Assembly (NCBI GenBank): GCA_000708835.1
Contig: DF236991.1
Coordinates: forward strand, 124,001-188,000
Source of the DNA: Klebsormidium nitens
Taxonomy: Eukaryota > Plantae > Klebsormidiophyceae
Direction: 5' to 3'
Length of the DNA: 64,000 nucleotides
Part shown: one piece after another, positions 25,093 through 36,200 of the stretch
How positions within the stretch are numbered: the first letter of the stretch is position 1
Layout of the letters: each line of letters opens with the position of its first letter
Notes under the pieces: generated by a model
What the model saw: the letters and a program-made list of their open reading frames with translations, nothing else
The model's database searches: none
Told to the model about the DNA's origin: nothing
Translations under genes and position numbers: made by a program

Positions 25093-27060
25093 ATGGCGCC
25101 CGACCAAGCAGCGCTGCTGACGTGTGATAACGTGAGCAGCAAGAAGGGGGCCGCGGCCGCGGCCGATGCGGCTGTCATGGTGGCCGCCCTACAAGAGGAT
25201 CCAAGTGGGTCCTCTTCACACTCGGTACAAACGAACCGTCCTAAAATCCTAAAGCTCGGGGACTTCGAAGTTCGAGGCTTGCTGCGCTTGGTGGGTCGCC
25301 CAAACGTGAGCTTGCACACGAATTCTATGTCAGCTTGGCGGATCTTTGAGTGATTCACGTCCTGTGATCTTTCCGCTCGGCGACTTTGAAGCTTGCAGCG
25401 CACCGGCGGGGTGGGTCGGCCAGACGTAGAAATAAAGTCGAAATATCGTTTTGTGATCAATTGGCGGATGCTGAGCAGCCGCCTGCAAACTACCGTATGC
25501 ACGCCTGGATGGGAGTCCGGGTGATGCAGATTAGCCAGCTTATGAAATGGTAAAGACGCCACGACTGGTCTTGTTGGTCGAGGCAAGTCGAAAGTCAGCC
25601 TCTTTTGGTACAGCCGACCAGCTCCGAGGATTTCGAGCCCGTTACGAATTTGGAAGCATGCATGGCTTTTTGAGGCCAAGACGGTGTCAAATAATGGTCT
25701 CGAAATGGGCTGTCGTTCAGACTGTCTGCGGCGCTTCTCAACTGGGAGCAAGCTTGGTTTATATCGTGTACGCGAAAATTCTCGACTGCGGGCTTCATGC
25801 TGGCCGGCAGCTTACTGCTCGACGTTCTGACTCAAACGCCTAAAGTGTTTGTCGAAGCTATTTGTCGAAGCTGTAAGTGATCCGTTATAAAATCATCTGT
25901 TCTGTACCTTACGGCCTGCAGCTTGACTCTCTGTTTGCTCGATTTTCTCAGCTCGGAAATATCAGTTGCACGTGAGTCGCTGACCGGACGGATGGCGCTA
26001 GCACCGGTTGTCTGGTTGAGTCATAGTATGAATTCTAGGCGCAAGTGGTGAACTAAATCTGTGACGTACAATCATTATGTGGGCACTGATAACGCGCAGT
26101 TTCGACCTTTCGTGGGCCAGGCTAGCTCAGGCCCAACGCTGCTGATGCCGAACCTATGACCGCAACGGATCGAATCTGACTTCGTCGTGACGACTCCCTC
26201 TGTAAGCTAAGTAGCTGAGTCTTGGTAATACACGCCAGTAGTAGATTCACGAGAGATGTATTTGTCCGCGAAAGTAGATGTTCTCGTGCATCTTAGGTGC
26301 TTTGTTTGAGGCGATGGAATTACGCCTTTGGGAGCACCTTCAAAACTCTCATGGATGTTGCCGGCCGTATATGAAGCCTGAAGCCTCTTCGGGTACAAAT
26401 CTAAAGCTTGCGACTCCTGAGATGCATTTTTTTGAGACGATTGAGATGCTGAATCGATTTCGATCTTGCTCCTTACAAATACTTATCCTGATCTGTGTCC
26501 ACCATGCGCTTCAATTCGACAATCGACTCTAGGCGGCGAGAGAAAGCCTTACACGGAAGACGGCGGAAGGGAGAACGAAGAAGAAGCGCGGCACGAGATG
26601 TAAACCCTCGACGCCGGCAAGACAACGCGGGGTCAAGTTTCCAAGGAAACAAACCTTTGTGTCTCAGCGGCTATATGGGGCAAAATTAAACCTTTGCTTA
26701 AGGGTCATCTTTCAATGCTTATGCCGACCTGCCTGCAGCCTTACATTACACACCTCAATTACATTAATGATTAAACTCGGGTCTCATCGCTTCTTACGAC
26801 GTTTGGATGGTGCCTGTTTCAGAAGGCATCCGTGGAAGTGTGGCGAAGACATCTCGAAGCTCTGGGACTGAAATATCAGCCCACCGCAACGTCCACGTTG
26901 CCCTCCTGCTGAGCACGACAACAGAAGCAATTGAGATTGTTGACCTATTTCTGGTGGCAAAGATGAGATGCTCAGAAAGCTGTCCTCCAGAACCGGGACA
27001 ACAGCATTTGGTGGCGGAGCGCTGAAGCCACGCACGGCGTTCCGGAGACACCGTACCCCG
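25093..27060 (+). pseudogene. Possible further diverged member of the array family, or an unresolved spliced gene
   Basis: Exon-like MAPDQAALLTCDNVSSKKGAAAAADAAVMV... at 25093. A GGKDE anchor followed by CTGAAGCCAC at about 26955-27030 resembles the 14260 and 17928 copies. Confidence 0.25.
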
Positions 27061-27818
27061 ACGGAACGAAAGTCGCACTATGGTTGCGGGGCTCGCTTTT
27101 TTTCACTCTGTGTCTGCCTAAATCCGTCGCGTCTTCCTGTAGCGGCTGACCGTTTTCTGGCTTGGTATGAGCCCAACCTGACCGGTTTCTGTACGTGTGA
27201 CGCAGAGGGAGCGGATATCATCCAAGAAAGATCAGGTCTTTATTTTCAGTGATAGATTGAACCGGCTTCCGTGATGTGCCTGCGTCGAAGCCTGGCTGGC
27301 GTCGAGAGCCGTCGTTCGTTATCTCCCGTGATTGGAGTCTGAAAGTCTAGTGTACATCTTATGAAATAATCTGCCCGCTTCCGGAGGCATCTCATGCAGT
27401 GGAAGAAACTTTGTCGGCACTGATATGAGACCAGCATAACCCAGAAAGCTCATTCAAATCCACTTAAGGTGGCACGTTTTAGAGGCGATGATGATTTCGC
27501 AACTTGGGATGTATGAGTATCCCATTGGCTCACAGTTCTCGTCTGAAGCCTGCGAGGACCGTTTATACCATTCCGTCTCCGACTGAGTCGGTTTTCATAA
27601 AACTGGGTGCTGAATGAATCTGATCAACATCGCTTCATCGTAGATATTTGAAAAAGTGCTTTTGCCTGATCGTGTCCAGTTGCTGTTTCCTGACAGCCAC
27701 TGAGCGACCCTCCGGTCACGGGTTGTAACCAAATTCTCGATAGATGGGAAAAGTAGGCAAGGAAAGGCGGCGCGCTGCCGACGCACAGCTAAAACGCGTC
27801 GCGGATCTACTTCTTAAT

Positions 27819-28770
27819 ATGTCTTTGCCCTCGGTGGCTAGACGAAGTGTTGCGCCAAGCCGAATCAGGGCGAATCAGCGCTGCCGACGCACGCGACGTG
27901 GACAAGAGGAAGCGGCCGCGGCGCCACCGTCGACATGGTGGGCGGCCAGCAAAAGAGCTGCAGGTGGGTTATCAAGAAACTTTCCTTCAACAAAGTTTTC
28001 TTGCAAATCTCTTTCTTGCAAATCTCTTTCTCTTTCTTGCTTTCCTGCGATTCTCGAAAATGACGTCTTGGGATCCACACATTCAGCGAATTCGACGCCC
28101 GCAGCGCGCTTGATGGACCGCCCGAGATTGTGAACACACGTTCAAAGCAGCAGACTTTGATGAGGCTGAGAAGAGAGGTAAGGTTAACCTTCGCAAACGC
28201 CGGATGGCAGATCGCGTCGAGCTCAATGCAGCCTTTTGCTGTTGGGAGGTTCGAATTGACTGTGACTGGTCTTGATGGATATTTTTGCATCCTTGACATT
28301 TTTGACGCAGAAGGCCATCACAGCCGCAGCTGACAGCAGCTTCGCAACCGTTCCGTTCCTCTAAGTGAAATGGAGGTTTCTGTATTGGGTGTGTTCTATT
28401 GTTGGCAAACACACTGCTTAGCTGGCAGTCAGGTCGGATGCTTCACGGAACATTTGCTTCCTACCCAAACCTGCGGCCTGCACAATCAGATCTTTAGCAC
28501 GTTTGTGCTAAGTCTTTCTTTTCTCTCTATTCAAACCGTTGTTGAAGTGCATACATTTTGTAGCGATTAGGCTTTGTCGGATTTGGCTTGGGATTCGCGG
28601 ATGGTAACTCGCTTCATTCGTCATTGGAAACGAACGCTATTTTCTTGATATACCTCTCCAGAATCATCTCTTAAGTTCTGCCTGCAGGGGCTTTGACGGT
28701 ACTTGGACGGAGCCGCAGCGGTAGAACGCAAGCTCCTGATTCCGGAGGACGGAAGGCGGGACGGAACTAG
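27819..28770 (+). CDS. Small two-exon Arg/Ser/Ala-rich protein (about 76 aa), unknown
   Basis: ATG 27819 to donor CAG|GTGGGT at 27963/27964. Acceptor CCTGCAG| at 28687. The phase-1 join stays open to TAG at 28768-28770. Confidence 0.35.
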
Positions 28771-29449
28771 AAGCCGGACGGAAAGTCCTTGCGGTCACAA
28801 GAATGCTTAAGGCAGGGCGCCCGCTCCGACCGAAACAGATGTAGACAACTTAGCGCATTCGAAATGGTTGTGCTTCAGCCTAGGCTAATTACTACTGCAG
28901 TTGGGTTAGAACGAAGTCATGTTTTTGTGTCAGTGCTGCCGAAGTTGTTGGCATCGATAATCGCAGATCCAAGAGCAAATGCTGCGAGCTTCGGGTGAAA
29001 CTTTCTTCGAAGTTTGGATCCACACAGTGAGTCCGTTCTTTCATTTCAAAGTGTGGGTTTTGACACCGCGCACCGCACGCCCAGCGCGTTGCGGCTCATT
29101 AAATATATCGCAATTACTAAATTGGGCCGGTATCATGGCTGTACTGACTCAGCGTGCTCTCAGAGAAATTGAGCATGGCGTATTGGTCGTTTCAGATCGA
29201 TCTTGCTGCTTGCAGAATGAACAATTGGCAAATCTGTAATACAGCACGTGATCGGAGTACACGGCTTTTTTTTTGCGTCCAATATACCTGCCGGCGCCCG
29301 TCTATCATGCATGGTGCTGCGCACGCGCATGCGGCGAAGTATCGCTGGCCGCAAATGCTTCGTACTAGCCATAATGACTTCCGGCGACGATGTCCAATTG
29401 CTGACTCGGTGACCGTCGTGACGTACAGCTAGTTGGCGGCAGCTTTCAA

Positions 29450-29930
29450 TCCGCAACCCTGCAGTGCCCGGCCCACCTTATTGCATATATGTATGAGGGC
29501 CGGGCCGGGGCCCGGGGGCGCTTCGTCCACCTGATATCCGCGTGACTTAGTACGCACATATGGCTACTTAAACCGGCGCGCTTTCACGCGGACTGACGTC
29601 TCTGCCAACGTGCGCTGAACAGCCCTGAGCGGCATGCACGGATTGCATCATTCGATGATTGTGACATTGCATTGACATGTCGAGTTGCAAGTGTCCAACC
29701 TTGAACGGAACGTGACGGACTGCACATTCAGATATCGAGGCTTACGTGCTATTCTCAGCGTTATTGAACGCACACATACGGCTCATCGAGCTCGCGTCGA
29801 GTCCATCGGACTCATAACACGTAAGCCTTTCCTAATCAGGCAGCTTCCTTCAGCCCGGCCGGCCAGCCGGGCCGTACGCGGCCGCCGCCGCCGCCCGGCT
29901 GAGCCCGGGGCTGCACCTATATATGCATCC
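29450..29930. other. Intergenic island with GC-rich CCGG/GGCC runs, bounded by short inverted TGCATATAT motifs
   Basis: TGCATATATG at about 29483 and TATATATGCA at about 29917 flank GGGCCGGGCCGGGGCCCGGG and CCCGGCCGGCCAGCCGGGCC tracts. Confidence 0.45.
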
Positions 29931-30225
29931 ATTGTGTTTTAAAGGATTTGTTATCTTCCAACTCTGAGACTTAATTTCAATATAAAGTAGATTCTGCAAA
30001 CTTGTTGGATATAATTGTCGTGCAGTACACGGACTCACTGTGAACTTGACTCACTTACTCGTGGACCTAGTGCTCTCAAATTTACTAGGACGCGTCTATC
30101 AGCGCTTGCTGCAACGGGTTCAAAAGAGGTCAAGTTGTGCGTATACCTATCAACATCAGACACTAAATGAGCAATCCTTATGCTCGTCATGTTAGCAACT
30201 CATAGCCTCGCCGCCAAACCTCAAT

Positions 30226-33200
30226 TTACAAGCTTGGCGGGACATAGCCGTTGGCCTTGCAATGGGGGAAGAAGTTGTCCGGTGGATTGAACCCGTCGCA
30301 GCCAGCGGAGTCGCAGCATACGTATCTGCCTTGCGAATCGTTGTTGTAGTAGCAGCGGACGGGGAAGGCCGCTGCGCCCCCGGTCCCACAGACGCCTGCA
30401 TTGATAACAAGTGTCAATCAAGGAGAGTGGCGCCCCTTTGAGGCTGTGACAATGCCCAACTGCTCTACTGCCGACTGCCAACTACCCCAATCACCAACGT
30501 TTTGACGCTTCAGATGACGTGAGTTCACGAGAAGCTCAGATGAAACAATGCGCCCAGTTTTTGTGGTCGATCGCCTCATGACTGTGCCTAGACACTGCTT
30601 TAGGCAATACCCTAGCGGATTCCGCAACGTATAGCTTGTCGAATGCAAGAGTGAAAAATACAAGAACAGAATTGTCAAAAATAAGAAGCAAAAGCGCTCG
30701 GTTGTGGGTAAGAACACTCAAAGAGTGTTATGAGCCCTCAGCGTCTTAGAGAAGATGAGAATCGAGAAAAGGGCTTGGCTTGCAGCCCACACCGCGCTCG
30801 CTTATTCCCAAAATGGAAGCTCTGTACCAGAACGACCAAAAGCAAATCCCCGTCAAGAGGGCCAATCTCTCCTGAGTACAAGGTATTGTATCAACATAAC
30901 CTCCTTGACCACAAAAGGTGGGGTTGTTGCTTGCCTTGCGATCCACTTGGGGGCCCCGAATTAGGGGGCGGGGAAGTTTCGGGGCTCCCGACGCCATAGC
31001 CGGGCGGCACATATCCGTTCGCCTTGCAGTGGGGGAAGAGATTGTCGGGCGGGTTGAAGCCGTCACAGCCGGCCGCGTCGCAGCAGACGTAGCGGCCCTG
31101 GGGGTCGCTGTTGAAGTAGCACCGGGTGGGGAAAGCGCCGGCGGCACCGGAGCCACAAATGCCTGCGGGTGGGAACGGGTTATCGCTTGGTTAATTAAGC
31201 CCGGACACTTGAACCCAAGTGCTATCTAGAACATCTTGTCCGAAGGGGCAGCAGCACTTGTAGCGCCCCTGGGGGTCGCTGTCACTTGAAGTAGCACCGG
31301 GTGGGGAAAGCGCCGGCGGCACCGGAGCGGCAAACGCCTGCGTTTAGGAACGGGTTATCGCTTGGTTAGTAAAGTGCATGCACTTGAACCCACTTGATAT
31401 TTGGAACGTTCTGTCCAACTAGGCAGCAGCAGACGTAGCGGCCCTGGGGGTCGTTGTTGAAGTAGCACCGGGTGGGGAAAGCGCCGGCGGGACCGGAGCC
31501 ACAAACGCCTGCGGTTAGGAACATTCGTTAGCGCAGATGGTTAATGAAACCCGTCCACCTGACCGAAATCGAACTTTGGAACGAAGGGGAAGCAGCAGAC
31601 GTAGCGCCCCTGTGACGTCAAAATTGTTGAAACAGCACCGAGTGGGGAAAGCGCCGGCGGCACCGGAGCCACATACGCCTGGACGGAGACACGGGTTAAT
31701 GCTCATTGGTTTACAGACCCGGCATTTGAAGGGCCATTCCGTCAGCTGCTAATAAGCGACAGAGGGTTTGATAAGAACGGGTTACTATACGGTCCGCCAA
31801 ATTTAGCTGTTTGACCGCCTTTCTGATCTGATCAAGCGCACAGATGGGCCGTCCGTTAAGGGCGGGGGAGCCACGAATGACGGCACTTTTGACAGGTTGT
31901 GGCCAAATTCGTACGAAACATTCGCCGATTAAAAGAATGTTTTGAGTCGGACGGATGCGACACGGGCCGTTCGATTGCATTAGCCTACCAATCGGACGGC
32001 TCGACTTCTCTGAGCAGCTCAGACACCAGACTTGGCCCGATTCAACGGTCCAAGAGACTCATGGAACTTCACCTTGTGACCCACTGGGGGGTACTGAAGG
32101 CGGGGCAGTTGCCGGGGGGGTAGAAGGACTCCCGACGCCATAGCCGGGGGGCGCGTATCCGTTGGCTTTGCAGTGGGGGATCAGGTTGTCAGGAGGGTTG
32201 AATCCGTTGCAGCCTGCCGAATCGCAGCACACGTAGCGCCCTTGGGGGTCGTTGTTGAAATAGCATCGGGTTGGGAACGGGCTCGCAGCGCCTGACCCGC
32301 ACACACCTGCACGAAGGATGAGGTTAGTGCCAATCTGGTCAACTTCAGCTTTTTAAATTTTGACTAGATTTTCACTCTAGCGCCTTTGGCGGTCGTTGTT
32401 TGGAATAGCACCGGGCGGGGAAAGCGCCAGCGGTTCTGGACCCACAATCGCCTGCACGTAGGAACGGGTTAGCGCTTTGTCAGTAAAGCGGCCACTTGTC
32501 CGAAATCGAGATTTGGAACTCTTGTCCGTAGTGGAAGCAGCACACGTCGAGCCCCTGTGAAGTCGTTGTTGAAGTAACACCGGGTGGAGAAAGCGTCAGC
32601 GGCACCAATGCTAAACGCCTACGGGTTAGAAATGGGTCAGTAGACAGTTTGATGAACCTGGTCGCTTGACCAGACTTGTGATGGACAACCGCAACACTGG
32701 GCCGTCAGTTAAGGGCACGGGTGTGACAAGAGCCTGCACGTAGGAACGGGGTAATGCAGACTTTGTCAATGGTGGCTGCTTGCTAGATTTCGGACCTGGA
32801 GAACTGCGAGAATGGGCAGGACCCACAATTGCCTACACGTAGAAACGGCTTAGTGCAGGATTCATCAAAGCTTGCCGCTGACAGATTTGAGATTTGACGG
32901 TTGCGAGGTGGGCCAATCGACTTTCCGGAACAATCCTCCGACCAGCTCAATCCGGCAATAAGCTCAAAGAAGAGCCCCAAATCATCAAGTAGTCCCCACT
33001 GGACTCTTTTGGAATCTGGAAAAAGAGCGATGGCGACGCGACTAGTGGCGGGGGCGTTCCCGCCGGGATGCATGGACATCTAGAAAAAGCTAAGGGATCG
33101 ATTCTTGGGTAGCCTCGAGCAAAATGGTGGACTTTAGTTGCTTTGACTTAATGCTTAGCCAGTGCGGAACGCGGGCCACCCAAAACTGCCGGATACAACG

Positions 33201-36200
33201 AATGGCTCAGCGAAAGTTGAGCTGACGGATCGCCTAGAAAGGCATATCGAGCAGATAAGAGATCGCTTTAAAAAATCCTCTTTAACGCGAACTTTTGCCC
33301 GGCGTACTGATTTACTTCCATCGGCTTCATTCTCGGCCCGTCATCCTGAAACGCTCCTCATCTCAATAGGGGTTCTTGCGGTAAACCTCTTTTCTTCAAT
33401 TTCGTAAATTCTTCGAATGCCTCAAATGCTCGAATCCAAAGATCCAGAAATCCAAGAAAACCAAAACGAGCCCCTCGTATGCAAACTGCTTTCTAGAAGC
33501 CGATTGCGCTCGCCCGGACCTGTTTGGATTCGACGGTTTCAAAGGACAGCATCTTGCGTATCGTGGCAGAGTAAGCAGTCGAGAAGGGCGGCTTCAAAGG
33601 ACGGCACTTTGCGTCACCAGTCGAAAAAGCTCAAACCTTGTGTAGAAGGTGGCTTGCCTGGCCAAGCCTGCAACTATGGCTACGTGCCGCGAAACACGAC
33701 TTAAAGTACAGGAATGGCAAACCGAGCAGTTGGACCTCACCTTGTGACCCACTGGGGGGCTCCGAAGGCGGGGAAGTCTGGGGGGGGTTAGGAGGGTTTC
33801 CAGAATCCGGGGTCACAATTAGTCCACCACTGGCCTTGCAATGAGGTTCCAAGTTGTCTGGAGGATTGAACCCGTCACACCCTTCCAGGTCGCAGCAAAC
33901 GTAGCGGCCCTGGGGGTCGTTGTTGAAATAGCATCGGATTGGGTACGGGCTCGCATAGCCGAGCCCGCAAAGACCTGCACATAGGATTAGGTTAGTGTCA
34001 GGTTTGCGAACCCAGGTATTTGGCTAGGTTTCTATAAGTAGCGCCCGAGGGGGTCGTTGTTGAAGTAGCATCGGATTGGGCACGGGCTCGCATTGCCGAG
34101 CCTGCAAAAACCTGCACGTGGGATCAGGTTAGTGCCAATTTTTCCAAACCCGGCTTTGACCAGGTTCCTTTCTATAGCGCCCGAGGGGGTCGCTTTGTTT
34201 AAATTACATCGGATTGGGTACGGACTCGCATTGCCGAGCCCGGCAAAGACTTGCACGAAGGATTGATTAAAGCCAAGTTTATCAAACCCAGCTATTTGAC
34301 GAGGTTTCCATTTGTGGCGCCCTGGGGTTCGTTGTTGAAATATCATCGGATTGGATACGGGCCTGCATTGCCGAGCCCTCAAAGACCTGCGACGCGAGAC
34401 CCGCCTTTGTTTTTAGCATCTATAGCTGGTGTTTCAGGAAACAAGTGAGGTTTCGGCTGCAGCCCAGATTGGTAGCTAGCTTTTGACAAGCGGGCCGGTT
34501 ACTAGGGACGCCACGCGCAACCAAAGTGTGACGCTCGGATCCTTTGGCTTATCTGCTTTCAATCTCCGGCGATTTGAGCGAATGGCCACTCGTGGATGGA
34601 GTGGCAGTGGTCATTAGGGTCCAGTGACGTGTTGCTTGCCAATTCTCTTACAAGTATGTCTGACTACCTGCTTGACGGATGGAGCAACAATGGTGAATCA
34701 GAAAGCTGGGGACATGATGGGGCCAAAACCAAGTTCATCAGCCGTACGACTCAAGCGGCCGGGTTCTTGCAGACTTGAACGAGCTCGGCTTTACATCGAG
34801 TTCCGGATCCAGAGGCTTCTTCTGCTTGCAGACCTGGTGACCTAGACAGATCCTCTTGGTCAAAAGTATGAGACCAGAGTCGTTGATTCGCCCTTGAATG
34901 CGGCGTGATTAAGATGGGTGACGTAGAATGCGGAAATGGCTGACACAGAAGTCAAAATGACTGGTAAGAGAAGTCGAACAATCAGCGCAAATCCGTTTCC
35001 GGAGGGGAGTTTCACCTTGAGGATTAGCGACTGGCGGCGGAAACGGAATTGGGGCCGGCGTCGGACCGGGGTTCGGAGGACCTGCGATTTGAAAAACCAG
35101 CAAATACGATCCTGATGTGGACTGCCTTGGGACGACCCAGGGACGTTCCGGTTTCCTGCCTTGTTTCGCTCTTAGGGAAGGAGTCAAGAGGAACCAAAGG
35201 GGTTCTGAAAAGCCTCACGTCGTCACGCACTTGCCGTTCATTTCCCGTCCTCCAACAACCAACTTGGTCAAAGTAGGGCTGAAGAAGCGCTGCCTCAATA
35301 TATAAACGCTGTTCCCGCTCAGATACACATCATTATTTTCAACGTCCATTCACCATATCCCCCAGGTTAAGAGGTCCCCGCCGTTTTGCAATGATTTAAC
35401 TCCTACCAGAAACAAATCTTCTTCGTCGCAATTGAACGGAATTCTGAAAACGTGACAACGAGAGGTCAATGCAGACCTGCCGGAATTTCGAAGTGATTTA
35501 AAGGGAACCGAGCTCCAAGAAACTCCCACAGGAGGCGCACGATAGAGGCCATTGGATCCCCCTTGGATGCAGAGTTTCTGGTCAATTCAGATTCTTAGAA
35601 ACTTAGAAACTTAAGAGTTGTTAATGCCCCAAGTGCCACAAAAAGGGCGTTTGAGCGCATGACTCTTCATTGAAGCGATTTACCGCAAACCGCAAAATTT
35701 ACTTGGGGCTATCGGATAGTCATTTGGGCTGGGCACAATCCCCGAGCCAACGCACAGTGGCGTCATTCCGTCTGGTCCAATCGGACCGCACAATCCGTCG
35801 CAGCACACGTAGTGTTTGCCATCAGCGTACAGGCACGCGCGGAAGAACGTATCGTCGTCGCAGAGACGTGAATCTGCAATTGTTTCCCAAGAGAAGCTTT
35901 GAATATCTCGGAATTCTTGTGTTTCGGGATGCCTTTGTTGTAGGAAAGTGCATTCTAGATTTAATCTTCCTCGTGCTCCATCCGCTTTTGTGGGCCTGTC
36001 AAAACGCAGATCGGCTGAAATGAATGAATGAAACAGGTTGTCGCTTGGGCTGAGAGACCTGTCGGGGTCGAGAAACCTCAGATCCCTCTTGCGGAAATGA
36101 AGGCCTCGCAGAAGATCGCGTCTAGCGTTCAATTTCCGTCGCAACAAAAGCTGGCAGGCTACAGTGCAGGTCGAAGTCGGATGGAAATAGAGTGCCCAGA

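Noticed and set aside
24978-25751. 257-aa minus ORF
   Set aside because: Arg/Pro-rich with no domain signature, and it overlaps a GC-rich plus-strand exon candidate, so it is likely a shadow.
31162-34395. Regularly spaced repeats resembling a CRISPR array or a DGR template/variable repeat pair
   Set aside because: The units are 135-175 bp splice-site/exon duplicates with homologous rather than unique spacers. The context is a eukaryotic gene with no cas or reverse transcriptase genes, and the differences are not adenine-specific.
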